A stretch of DNA of 64,000 nt from Kudoa neothunni. Its lineage: Eukaryota > Animalia > Cnidaria. Numbering within the stretch: position 1 is the stretch's first letter; each line of letters opens with the position of its first letter. Below are positions 1 through 12,200 of this stretch, piece by piece. Below the pieces are notes generated by a model. The model searched no databases. It was not told the origin of the DNA and worked only from the letters and a program-made list of their open reading frames with translations. The translations under genes were made by a program, and so were the position numbers. Where the stretch lies: NCBI GenBank assembly GCA_964304625.1, contig OZ199838.1:10125741-10189740 (forward strand). Reading direction: 5' to 3'.

Positions 1-322
1 TATTTCCAATTTTAGGAATGAATGGAGTATTTCTCTTATTTTTATCAATTAATACGGAAGAAATTTTATAATTTGACAATAAACTCAAAAACAACCACCA
101 AACACTCCGGAGGAAGCAAGTAAGTGACCAATAGAAATGATGGGTATAATAAGCGCACAGCGCGTGCGCTCCCCACAAAAAAATAAATATTCAGTGCACA
201 GTATATACGCGCTCTCAAAAACCCATTTAATTTTTAATATTAATCTTGTAATAATCTATAAATTATATTACTTTAAAATAAATGTTAAAAAACATAAAGT
301 CACGTGACAACGTGCGAACATT

Positions 323-1303
323 ATGACCAGCCTTGAGTTGATTTTACCATCTCGGGTTTGTGTTTATGGCAATATCGATTCAGTTTTAAAAAAGGAGCAA
401 TTTGAAGAAAACATCTCTCAACTTAATCTTAACGTGAATTATCACGAAGAAGATGAATTTAACAAAATTGAAGCATTTTGGTGTTACATCACCTACGTAT
501 ACGACAGTTCAACGTTGAACTTGGATGCGAATAATGCTAAAAACAAGCCAAGCGCTAAGATATGCGCTGTAATAGTGAGAAACAAACAAGTTGAAAGTTT
601 TATTCTTGAAAAAAGTTGCTTAGATCATTTGAGATGGTTGTGTAATCAGGATAAATGTGGCTCCAATTGGGATACCATTCAATTGATTGTTGTTGGGCCA
701 AAAGCTAAGAAACAGGTGCAAAATGAACAGCAAGAAAAATTTATGCAAATTATGAACCCTAGATCTTCAAGCACCTCAAAAAAATCCCAACAGCTCCCAT
801 CAACATCCACTTTGGGTGAAGAACAACTTGAACAGAAACTAATTGGATTACAATTGGAATTAGGTATCAATTTAACATTCTGTACCGATACATTAGCCTA
901 CAACAAATGGATTAATTGTGCGATGAAATCAGCTATCCGACTTGATTCATTGACCGCCAACGAAAAACAAATACAAAATAATATTTTCACTTTGGATAAA
1001 ATGCTCTCCAATAAAATACAACCAAACACATCTAATTGGAAATCCAAATGTTGGATTCAACAATTGACACAATTTAGATCGATTGACGTTGATACCGCCA
1101 GATCAATCTCGCGGCATTATCCTTCATTGTTTGAGTTGAGACGAACTATTATGGAAAGTGCGCCGGATTTGTCATTTTTAGAAACTTTGATAGTTGAAAA
1201 AGGATATGGAGTTCTTGCTACAAAATCTACTGTTGGTAATACTGTTGCTAAACAACTAGCTCAAGTATTAACTTCAATAAACCCAAATGAATATGTGCTC
1301 TAA
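323..1303 (+). CDS. EME1: Crossover junction endonuclease subunit EME1/Mms4-like (MUS81 partner), intronless
   Basis: 326-aa ORF. The C-terminal WIQQLTQFRSIDVDTARSISRHYPS...VGNTVAKQLAQVLTSINP matches the EME1 HhH2 region ([25 protein letters not shown]...IGPELSRRIY..MT), and LIGLQL matches the inactive ERCC4 domain. Confidence 0.75.
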   Translation: MTSLELILPSRVCVYGNIDSVLKKEQFEENISQLNLNVNYHEEDEFNKIEAFWCYITYVYDSSTLNLDANNAKNKPSAKICAVIVRNKQVESFILEKSCLDHLRWLCNQDKCGSNWDTIQLIVVGPKAKKQVQNEQQEKFMQIMNPRSSSTSKKSQQLPSTSTLGEEQLEQKLIGLQLELGINLTFCTDTLAYNKWINCAMKSAIRLDSLTANEKQIQNNIFTLDKMLSNKIQPNTSNWKSKCWIQQLTQFRSIDVDTARSISRHYPSLFELRRTIMESAPDLSFLETLIVEKGYGVLATKSTVGNTVAKQLAQVLTSINPNEYVL

Positions 1304-1785
1304 ATGCCTTATTGTTGTATATTATGTAGTGTTTTTCATGTCTACATTGTATTTTTTTTCTGAATTGTGTTAGGAAGATACTGATCAGGAACAAATATAT
1401 ATTTCTAAAAAATGCGCAGCTTTTATAAAGTATCTTAACTGCAGTCTAAATAAATAATTGGATTGAATATTTTAAGAGAAAATATTAAATTTTTTTAGCT
1501 TTAATAATTCAACAGGGAAAATCCTAGTCTCAAATAATAACAATGATTTAATCAATAAATCTAAATTTGCATTCAAATGTAGAGGAAATCTAAATTTTAT
1601 ATACTTTCATTTTAAGAAAAGTTCGACATTTGTCTTCTTTTGGGTGGAAAATTCTTCGAGCTTCTTATTAAATAACAATAATTGAATCCAAATAGCAGAT
1701 TACGTGGTGAGCGATGAGAATAATAATAATCTTCGGTATTATTCGAGCTAAAAATCTTATTCAAAGATTTTTATATTTACTTTTG

Positions 1786-2559
1786 ATGATCAGAGCTTTT
1801 ATTATCATAAATAAAGCAGGCAGACCTAGATTTGTTAAGTATTATGACAATGATCTAGTAACAATGCCCATCGGCAATTTATACCACGAAATGTATTTTA
1901 ATTTAGACTGACGCTCAAAAACAAAATTTTGTAGTTGACGTCTATTTGCTGCTGATGAAAAGATCTGATAAAAGCTGTTGTATCGTCGATACTACAAAGT
2001 AAAGGATTAAGATGCTTGTTTCTAATTAGATTGCTGCTAGTATCTACAAAAATGAGATCCAAGGGACCAAGTTAATATATCGACTGTATGGATCGTTGTT
2101 CTTTTTGGTTGTGGTAGATCAGCTGGAAAATGATTTACTAATATTGGATGTTATTCACGTATAAATTTATAGGTTGTTCTCATCTAAATTAGTTTAATTT
2201 TAGACATTTTTGAAATGCTTACAAACGCTAATGGAACATCTCTCAGAGTATGAAATAGTTAACGAAAATGAAATGGTATATTTTTTCTGGATTAATCGCT
2301 TGTTAAGTAATCGATAGGTGTTAACCGTTTTGGATCAAATTATTTGTGGGGGAATTATTATGGAAACCAATACCGTTGAAATATGTAGCCAAGTCAGGGC
2401 TCAAAAAGAGATTGCCAATAAACATGTAGCTAATACACTTAGTTTTACGCTAATTTTGTTCTGTAGAACAACTTAACGCTCAGACAAGCACAAATGAAAA
2501 TCAAGAACTTAGTTACACCTTTGGCAGACTCCATAAAGCAACAATTTAAAAAAGCTTGA
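1786..2559 (+). CDS. AP3S1: AP-3 adaptor complex sigma subunit, 6 exons
   Basis: Manual splicing of 5 GT-AG introns gives MIRAFIIINKAGRPRFVKYY...KLIYRLYGSLFFLVVVDQLENDLLILDVIH...IICGGIIMETN, which are clathrin adaptor sigma motifs closest to sigma3. Stop TGA at 2557-2559. Confidence 0.8.
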
Positions 2560-2655
2560 CGAAAAATAACTTTTGACTTAGCTTTTATTCTTTTTTTAAA
2601 TTTTTGTTTTACGAACGTCCAAATGGGATATAAGATACTTTAACTAATTTCTATA

Positions 2656-4784
2656 TCTACCAAATATATAAAGACTAGTAGAACGTATGAGTGTGTACTC
2701 ATGTACGCGTATGTAATAAAAATATTTCCGTATAAACCGACATTTGTAAATTTACTGGCGGGAGCTGCCCAGCGTTGCTTGGGGAAGATTTCGCATAGAT
2801 ACGTTTCTTAATAATATTCAAAAAATATATTGAAGTTTCAAATTAACTAAAAATTTTTAAATGACATACCTTCAACGATTCGGATTTGCTAAATTTAAAT
2901 TATGATCATTTCTGTGAAGGAAAGTATCACTCCTGGGGTTCATTTAAAAATTTCGTGATCCGGCACCAACTCTAAATAATTTATTGTCAGTGTCGTATTT
3001 TTTTGCATTCCCAAATTATTTAAACCCCGTCAAAATGTTACCCTAAACGTTATTTTTGACCTGGCTCCGAAAGTTTGTGCACCACTGTTTACGGGAGATA
3101 AATAAATAGAAAAAGATATAGAATTAGAAGAAAACCTACGAAAATTTATTTTTATTACTCAAATCATGATCTCTTGGCCCGGCATAAACTTAAAGCGCCC
3201 ATTCCCATAAACAGCCACAAATCGCGTCAACTTCAACATAAAAAATTTAAATAATTGAGTGAAATAAAAGTACAGCCATCTGCGCTGAATTTAAGCACGT
3301 AAAGTTAAACTCAGCGGACGATTTCAATGAAATCTATGGACGCAGTATTTCCATTATAATGCTCCAATCCATGTAATTTTAATTTTCTCCACCAATTCAT
3401 TATTCATAAAACATATAGATTTTTGATCATATCTAAAACTATTAATATAACTTTTAAAATGTGTTTATCAAGCCAAATACGTTAAACTCCACAAATAAGG
3501 AGTGTATTCGCACAAACACCCAAATAGAAACACCAACCTTATACATAAAGATAGATGGCATCACTTAATCGACATTTAATAGAGCATATAAGGGAGAATA
3601 TTAACTTCAACCGACCATTACTATGATGTAAACAGGTGTTATTCCTATTGTTGAACTCAAGTAATCCGATAAATTAACTTTGAATCGACAAAATCACCAT
3701 TTTCTAAACACTTTTGGGAATATTTTGTAGTTTGAAAACAATTTAAAGATTTTTCGAAACATAGTGATTTTTAACAAATTTCATAAATGTCTCTATAAGG
3801 AAAAAATCTGGACGCACATGCGTACTTGCTGACACACAAGGACATTTCAGCTTTATATATATAGTAGATAAAAAGGTCTATATCTGCTTAATTCAGGATG
3901 TTTTGGTAGTTTACGTCATAATCAGATATATTATAACCTCAAAATGCTAGGATTTTTCCCATACCATAGATTTCATTAAAGCCGCCGCTAAACTTAATTT
4001 CAGCAATAAAATTCAACATAAACGATGTAATGTTGTTTAATTATTTAGGTTGATATTGAGAGGATATATATGTTTTCATACGTGAGTGTTTATTACAATT
4101 TTTTTTGGAAAAAAAGAAAATTTTAGCAAACAAAATTAATTGTTTTAAGGTTGTGTCTAACTATATAATTTTTGTTATTTTTATAATTTGCCTTTAATTA
4201 TCGTAATTTTAAGAGCTTATCACATTAGTTAAAGTATGATATTTTTTAAAGAAAATGGCTGTTGGCACGTAAAATAATATTCAGGTGACGCTATTTTTGA
4301 TTATATTTAATTATTTCTGGCCCACAGTCTCGCTCTAAGAGACCAAAAACAGTTAAATAATGCAGATTCCAAAAAATTAAATCTATAAATAGTTTTTAAG
4401 TAGGAGTTTCTGAGATTAAAAATTCCAGGGCGCGTGCGTATATACAGTTAAGGACAGCGCTTCCTAACTAAAACTGGAGTCGCACCCCTTTGCATACGAT
4501 AAGGTGTAACTGGCTTGAAATTTATCAAAAATTATTTTCAATTTTGATCGGGTCTCGCACCACCTGAGACCAAAGTTCGCACCCCTTAAGGTGAGGGCAC
4601 CCCCTGTTGGGAACCCCTGGTTTAGGATTAAATATTACCGTTCCAATAGTCTCTTCCTACTTATAAAAGGTTAAATTAATTTTTTCTCCAAATCAACTGA
4701 CAACATTTATTTTTTTATTTTTTAACATGTTTTTCTACGATAAAATATTCTCAATCCCACGCGAAGCTGGGAAATTCACACCAG
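2656..4784 (+). mobile_element. Non-autonomous Helitron (outer copy)
   Basis: 5' end A|TCTACCAAATATATAAAG. 3' hairpin CCCACGCGAAGCTGGG (4756-4771) about 10 nt before CCAG|T. Confidence 0.55.
2755..3868 (-). mobile_element. Non-autonomous Helitron nested in opposite orientation
   Basis: On the minus strand: 5' A|TCTACTATATATATAAAGCTG, then 3' hairpin CCCAAGCAACGCTGGG followed by CCAG|T. Confidence 0.6.
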
Positions 4785-5737
4785 TTATATCTAAAAGATA
4801 GTTTAAAATTCTACGATTAAGACATCTATTTCTATCTACTTAATAAATTCGTCCTATTTAATCGATTAAATTATTTTATGACTGATTTTCAGTTCTAATT
4901 GAATAAATATTAAATGTAATTATTTATTGTAATTTAATCTCCATTATTAAGTTAATTTTTAAACGAAAAGTCAGTTATACTAAGATAATACTAACATTGG
5001 GTTTAGTTTAAAAATACAGTGCAGCCTCGGAGTTCGACAAAAAATTGTGAGTCAGAAACTCTTTTGAGTTCGCACACACATAGAGAGCGTATTCAGAACA
5101 AATAAAGCTGGAGAAAAAACAGAGAAGAAAAGAAATTCTAGAAGAAGAGTCGCTCAATCAAATTGTGCGATCATCATCGAAAGAAAACCCTTTAAAACAG
5201 GGGTCGGCAATCCGAATAGGTTGCCGGGCCGAGTAGTCATGCAGAAATAAAAGAAAGGCCAGAATATATATGAACCCTTTAGCTGTACGGAAATTTTCAC
5301 AATGGAATTGAAAATTGGCTTACCAACTTCGTATTTCGCTATTTAAAATCATAATATTTTACTGTAAGGCGAGAGAAATATAACCAACGTTCGACAATTT
5401 TTTATGAGGGAAGGCTAGTTTTGTATAATTTTGTAATAAAAACTGGCATGATTTTATTTATATTGAATTTAGTATTTTCTATACTCAAGTGATGGCTCGA
5501 AAATGTAAAGAATAATAATTAAACGTCTCCATTTGTCACAATAGGACCAGTATCATAAAATCAGTAGAAATAAATAAGAAAATAGTTATGGAAAATGTTT
5601 TAGTCTTGATTTTTCTTTTTGCACATTTTTAACTAATAAGAAGAGATAATATTTAATTTATTCTGTTTGATTTGTTATAATGCTTTTAGACCCTAAAAAG
5701 CTCAATTATAAAACATGGGGGAAATTATGCAAATGAT

Positions 5738-5860
5738 GCCGTAGCGGATGAGGATCGAACCCGTGATCCTCGAGCTAAAAGTGGCGGGGCCTTACCACTT
5801 AGACTATGGGCCAGAGCACACCTGAAGCTAGGCGCTACTCTATTTTATCTGGATGTGCCA
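5738..5860 (-). repeat. tRNA-derived (SINE-like) repeat
   Basis: Minus strand has an A-box (TAGTCTAAGTGG) and B-box (GGTTCGATCC) but no pairing acceptor stem. A homologous copy lies at 53345-53460. Confidence 0.55.
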
Positions 5861-6399
5861 CAATGCCTATAAAAAATTAACTTTATCACTGATCTCTTTG
5901 CGAACCTGTAGGGGGTTACCAGAGTTGGTACGTTTTCGCCCTAAATAAAGGTATTGGTACGTTTTGCGGTCAGTGGATTTCGAGGTAAAATTATTATAAA
6001 TGCATGTCACATGATGAGATAATGTGTTAGAATACTTGGCACAAAGTATCCATTAATATCGCTCAAATAGCCCAAAACTTCAAAATTAACGTAACGAATT
6101 ACAAATTTTATTTAGCATCGAGCTTCAGAAAACATTGTATCACTGCTGCACAAGATGGTTGTCTCTTGAGCAAGTTATTCAGAAAATATTGGAAGAATGG
6201 ACGGTTCTCACAACGTTTCCCTAGATTGGACCATAAGAAAACAAGACTAATCTCTCACCTAAAATATTTTCAACCCTATTTAAACCCACAAATAAAATGT
6301 ACTATGCCTTTTTTAACTTTTATTATCCGTAATCATGAAACTCAAGGTCGAATTACAAGATGAGAGTTTAGAGTTCATTAACTAAGTAATTCCTTTGAA

Positions 6400-7050
6400 A
6401 ATATTATTAAGCGAAATTAATGATTTTTGAAAAGTCTGATCAAAAAATAACATCTTCTGGTGCTTAAATTTTAAATACTTCTTAAATTATATTCTGCCGG
6501 ATAAGTTTTATTATGAGTCGAAAGTAGAATCAATTTGGAATGAAAATATTATTGGAATAAGTATTCGAGATCTGGTTTACTTTCTTACCAAAAATCTGGA
6601 TTTCCATTTATTACTGATGAAACAGATATTTCAAAGGTTTTAAAGCATCGCAAAATTTATTCATTTACAAATATTTGAAGCAATGCTTCTTGTAAATGCC
6701 AATGAAGGGAAACCCCATTCCATTATACCCCTCTCAAAGAGATTTACAAATATTATTGCTGAAGATAGGTATTTAAATTTGGAGAGTGAATAGATAGAAC
6801 TTAGCCTGTAAAATAGCGGACATTCCATTGAAAAAGACCCCAAGAAATATTGGTATGCGGCCACAAATAAAAAAGGCGAAATATAAGTATCGATTACTGT
6901 CAAAATTACTGCTGTGTTTACTTGCTTTGCCTCATTCGTCTGGATCTTCTGACGGATTATTTTAATTAGAGAATGAAAAAAGTTAACAAACAGATTTACA
7001 TTGGAAAATGAAACAATAAATGCTCTTCTATATCTGAATGTTTACTGAGA
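6400..7050 (+). pseudogene. hAT transposase C-terminal relic
   Basis: PHSSGSS.RI...RFTLENETINALL near 6930-7030 resembles the hAT dimerisation motif PHSNAxxERxFS...RNRL. The segment has stops and frameshifts. Confidence 0.4.
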
Positions 7051-7119
7051 GACGCCAGTTGCATGAGATGGAATTCATCTGACCAATTAACTAAAATGAT
7101 GGAAAAAATAAACCTATAT

Positions 7120-8254
7120 CAGAGGTCGGCAACCGGTCTGTCTGGAAGAGCCAACTATTGATGGGGGAATTTTCTACTTCCGGAACCGCACATTAAATGT
7201 AGGCTCGAAAATAAAAATATTTAACTTTGAAACCATGAATACGTACATTTCAGAAAAATATGGAGAAAATTATCCAATTAGTCTATTTACGCGTTTTTCT
7301 ATAATTAATTAACCTATTATATTTATTATTAGTATTTTAATGCTGGGAGAAATAATAAAATTAAAAAAAGTATACACTTGAATTTGTCTGATTATTTCAA
7401 ATAATACTGAAATTTCGTTTTCGATAATTTCCATTATGATAAATTATAAAGTTTATCATTGACCTCTATACAACAAATGTACGATATAAAATTCATTTTC
7501 ATGAATATTTTTGCCAACAAAAAGAAAGTTTCAACTATACAATTTAATTTTTTAAAATTAAGAGTTATTTTCTCGAGTATTTTCCTGAATTTAATTATTT
7601 TAACGACATTTTATTGGGGTTTTCTTCGTATTAAAACTAAAGAACGTTTAATATTACGAGAGAATTCTTTCTAATGGATAACGTTTAATGAAAATGTATG
7701 TATAACTACTTTTTTATGTAAAAAATTTGACTAAACAAAATTTTAAAATTGGAAAAACTATCAACACTTCCATAAATATAATTGAAAGATTTACAAAAAA
7801 TTGTGCATATAAACAAATAAGATGTATTTTGTATAATACTCGAAAAATTTTGAATGTTAAAAAATAATTTGTTGATTTAAAACCGTAGATAAAATTGGGA
7901 ACATTTAGAGTTATTTTACCTCGTTAGTTATTGCATATGCAGAAGACAATGTTCTATGAGGAATTTTTAATATTTATAAGTTATTTGTTTTTGCTGAATC
8001 TTTTCTTTCTATGTTTAACTTTTAAGTTGTAAATTAAGAAAATTAGTTCAAGTTGGTGAAATTGGAGTACCATACATTCTTTCAATACCCATATGTTTCC
8101 CTTAAAAATGATTTATATCTGATGAAAATTCAAAATTTGAACCTAATAATGAGTTCAGAAACTAATAATTATAGAATTTCTTCGCGTTTTAACTTTAGAT
8201 ATTGTAGTTTATATTATGCATGTAAGGTGGGGAGCCGCAGGTAGCCAACTCCTG
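7120..8254. mobile_element. Non-autonomous hAT (Buster/Charlie-like) element
   Basis: TIRs CAGAGGTCGGCAACC / CAGGAGTTGGCTACC with a perfect 8-bp TSD ACCTATAT (7112-7119 and 8255-8262). Confidence 0.85.
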
Positions 8255-9221
8255 ACCTATATGATGAGGAGGACAGTGAAATTTAATTAACATTTCGATG
8301 TATAAACAGATCCTATCAACTACTTTTTCTGTTTAGATTAGTTTACTGTTGCTAGAATTATATTTTTTGTATTATTTTAAAAATATGATAGCTTTTTTAA
8401 AATTTTAGTACTATTTGGTACGATTTACAAAATTCGTCTGGCAACTACCGACCCCTTCTTTATAATCTATCGTCACAACCAAAAAATATTTATCACATAT
8501 TTCATTTTTATTATCATACTTAATATTTATTTGTTATATTTTATAAACACAAGATATACATGTTTTTCCATAAGTAGGAATAAAAATAGTCATTTGATTC
8601 GCGGTAACGAATTAAACTAATTTTCATTATTTCGCATGGGAAAAAATTATTCGGAGTCCGAACACACTTCTAGAACGGATTATGATTAAAGTCCGAGGTT
8701 TCATTGCATAATCAAATTTATATGTCACATTAAGGAAGATAAACTTTCACAGTTATATTTAGAATATAGTAAGCAAACTTGTTTTTTTAACATTAAAATT
8801 TTTATATAAACAAACTCGAAAATAAGAAAATCACTAATTTTTGCATTAATCGACTTTAATATTAATTTATTGATTAATAAAACCACTCAAATTTTATGTT
8901 TGGCTCATGCCACGAATTGATATTTTTAAATATCCATATAATTAAATTTCATATCTCATCATATAATTTAGAAAAACTATGATTGTATATTTCAACGAAA
9001 AAAATAGCTTAATTAGTAATCACTATAAAAATTGATATATTGACATTAACTTTATGCGGTTAAAATAAACTGTATTGTTGCAGTTTAATCGACAACAAAA
9101 AATACTTATAATAATTGAATAATTGAAGACCAAAAATACAATTACCAAAGAGATCTACATATAATCTTCGTCATCATAGAAGCTAACATCGTTCATATTA
9201 AATGTAGAATCATCCAACAGT

Positions 9222-12200
9222 TCATTGTCTGAGCTGGTGGGAATCGTCAAATCGTGGTGCAGCTCGTATTTTTGTATTTTTTGTAACTTTATTAGTTTTA
9301 TTACTTTTCATCCTAAATATTGTCAATAAAAATACCTCAACTAAATAGAAATCAATACTTATTATCAGGTTTGGATTTCAGTGGTTTTTCATTATCGTTC
9401 AAATTTCCATTGAAATCTTCAACGTCTGATGAGACAACATGGAAAATCTTATCTTCATCATCATCATCATCGGATATTTTTTCAAAATCAATACTTATAT
9501 CATCTGATTCACCATCAGAGATTATGGTAATATCATCGTCAGATTCGTGTTTTCTTTTGCGTTTTTTGGTTGTAGCAGTTGTTGATTTTTTCGGTTTACT
9601 TTCGGTCTTTTTCATTTTACTAGCGGTTGATTTAGGTTTCTTTTCCTTTGTAGTTGGGTTTTTAGCAACAAAATCTTTCATAGAAGGCATATCCTCAGAC
9701 TCAACTACTTCAGTGGATGTAACAGTGTTGGAGTTTTCAGTTTTGACGGGGTTGTCTTTATTATACTTTACAATCTTATTTTTATTTCCATCCATTGAAG
9801 GTAGATAGACAAACCGATCCAATCGATTAGGAGTAATATTGGACTTGACTGAAACAGTTTTGCTATTGGTTTTTTTTGTTTTAGAAGATCCAATTTTGAA
9901 ATCAGTAAGTTTGGGACCAGGAAGATCTTGTTTTGCCGCTAATTGTTCCTGTTTGTCGAGTTCTTGAAGGAGGTTATCCAAATCGGCCAACCAACTTTCT
10001 TCGACGCTTCTATTTTTGATCAACTCTAGCTGAGTCAACATTTCATCTCGTTCTTTCAATAATGCATCTTTTTTTTCATTGGTCAAATGCAAAAGTGACA
10101 TGCCATAAAGGTATTCATAGTCGTTATCGTCACCAGTGTCGTCAGGGGAACGCGAATCCAGTTGATCGTTTTCAGCTTCCAACAAACTTGCAGAAAGTAT
10201 ATTGTTGTCAGAAGATGTAGCTACTTTATTCTGCCAACGCTTCACCGGATCACTATCAAAACCTTTTCTGCGTAAAATATCAATCATTTCTTTCTTCTTT
10301 TTATGCCTAAGTACAATTTCATCGCTGATAATTCCTAAGATGAATCGAGCTTGGTTTTGAAGTTTTTTTGCATGAGCATTACATTTATCGATCAAATATT
10401 TTTTCCTTTCCTCATATTTTTTGTATCTGACTTGATAGAAAAGTTTCATAATTTCTTCCACACTCTCAAACTTTCTCAAAACTCCCTCATTATCATACAG
10501 CACCAGCGAAGTCGTAGACATTAACGATTCCAATTTGAGCTGTTTGAAAATGTAATCGTTGGTGTAGCTGGCGAGTGCATTTTTCTCCAAGGTAACTAAA
10601 AATCTGACTTTTGTGTCACTATGATACTCCTCAAATGATGCTATTCTTAGTTCGGAAACTTTTTTGGTTTTATCATCGGAAGTGTTGGATTCGAGCATAG
10701 GTTGCAATACTTCTTCTTTATATGGTTGAGTCCAGGTACGAATAGGTAGTTCTGATATTTCGACTTTGTTCTCCTTCAACGAATAGAGAGTGCCCAAAAT
10801 TGAGAACTTATTTGGGCCTATTTGAACGATTTCACCAGAAAAACCCTTATACCAAGGTTTCATCGGTTTTGGTTGGGCGTTATTTTTGATCATATCCTTC
10901 AAATTTTCAATAATTTCTCGAGGGTTATAGTTGGGAATCTTGGTAGCGTACGCCGTACCGATTCCTTCAGCACCATTCACCAAAACCATAGGTATAGTGG
11001 GACAATACCAATCAGGTTCAACCAATTGATTGTCCTCCATTTGGTAGGTTAGAATAGAGTCATCATCCACAGGAAAGATCGACCGTGTAAGCGGATTCAG
11101 AGTGGTGAAAATGTAACGAGCGCTAGCTGCATCTTTTCCACCGTTCAACCTACTACCAAACTGACCCAACGGCATCAGCAGATTGATGTTGTTGGAACCA
11201 ACGAAATCTTGAGCCAATCCCACAATGGTTGAAGCCATACTCGCTTCACCATGGTGATAGGCTGTTAGTTCAGATACAGCACCAGCCAATTGAGCAACCT
11301 TGATTTCTTTCTTCTCGTAGCGTTTCATCATGGTGTACAGAACTTTGCGTTGTGAAGGTTTTAGACCGTCCATGATATTAGGAATGGCACGTTGATTGTC
11401 GGCGTTAGAAAACTGCACAAGTTCCATGTTGATGAAATCATGATAGCTGACTCTTCGAGTTGATTTCTGATAAAGGTACACATCAGGAAGGTTGAGTTGT
11501 CTACGTCTTTTGGACTCCAACAACGCGGCATCCAACCAGAGCTTACGAGCGTCAACACTATCCTTGGAGAATGCCATTTTGATGGCTTGATCACAAACAT
11601 CACCTTCATAATGGAAATCAATGCAATGACGCTCCATAGCAGAAAAATATTTCTTAGCTTCAACACTTGTTGATGTACCCAAACCTTTGTAGTATTTGAC
11701 CCGCCATTTGTGCGAATTTGGTGTGGTATCTTTCCATTCTTGATACTCTGGAAAACTGAAAAACTCATGCGACTCATTCTTATAGAAAACTTTGATCAAC
11801 GGTGTGATAAAGGATTGGATAAATCCGCATTGAACTAATTTTGGCCAATACGAATGTATAAAGTTTATAATAAGACCTTTGATATGGGAACCATCCTCAT
11901 CCTGATCAGTCATAATCATAATTTTTCCATAGCGCAAATTCTTAAATTCGTTAGGATTTTCATATTTACACTTAAAATTGAGGCCAAGGATTTTAATTAG
12001 GTTTGATATCTCGGAATTTTTTATGATAGTGGAGTAGGTGGCATTTCTCACATTGAGCAGTTTACCTCTCAATGGAAACACACCATATAAATCTCTGCCA
12101 ATCACACTGAGACCTGCCACAGCTAACGACTTGGCAGAATCTCCTTCGGTGAGAATCAAAACACACTTGGATGACATTGATGAACCGGCTTTGTTGGCAT

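Larger units (their letters stand above)
5017..8706. mobile_element. Tigger/pogo-like element carrying nested insertions
   Basis: Left end TA|CAGTGCAGCCTCGGAGTTCGA. Right end reverse complement CAATGAAACCTCGGACTT. Both resemble Tigger-type TIRs. Confidence 0.45.

Noticed and set aside
5738-5815. Functional tRNA gene (also 27036-27086 and about 38370-38430)
   Set aside because: A and B boxes are present but acceptor stems do not pair or arms are missing, so these were treated as tRNA-derived repeats.
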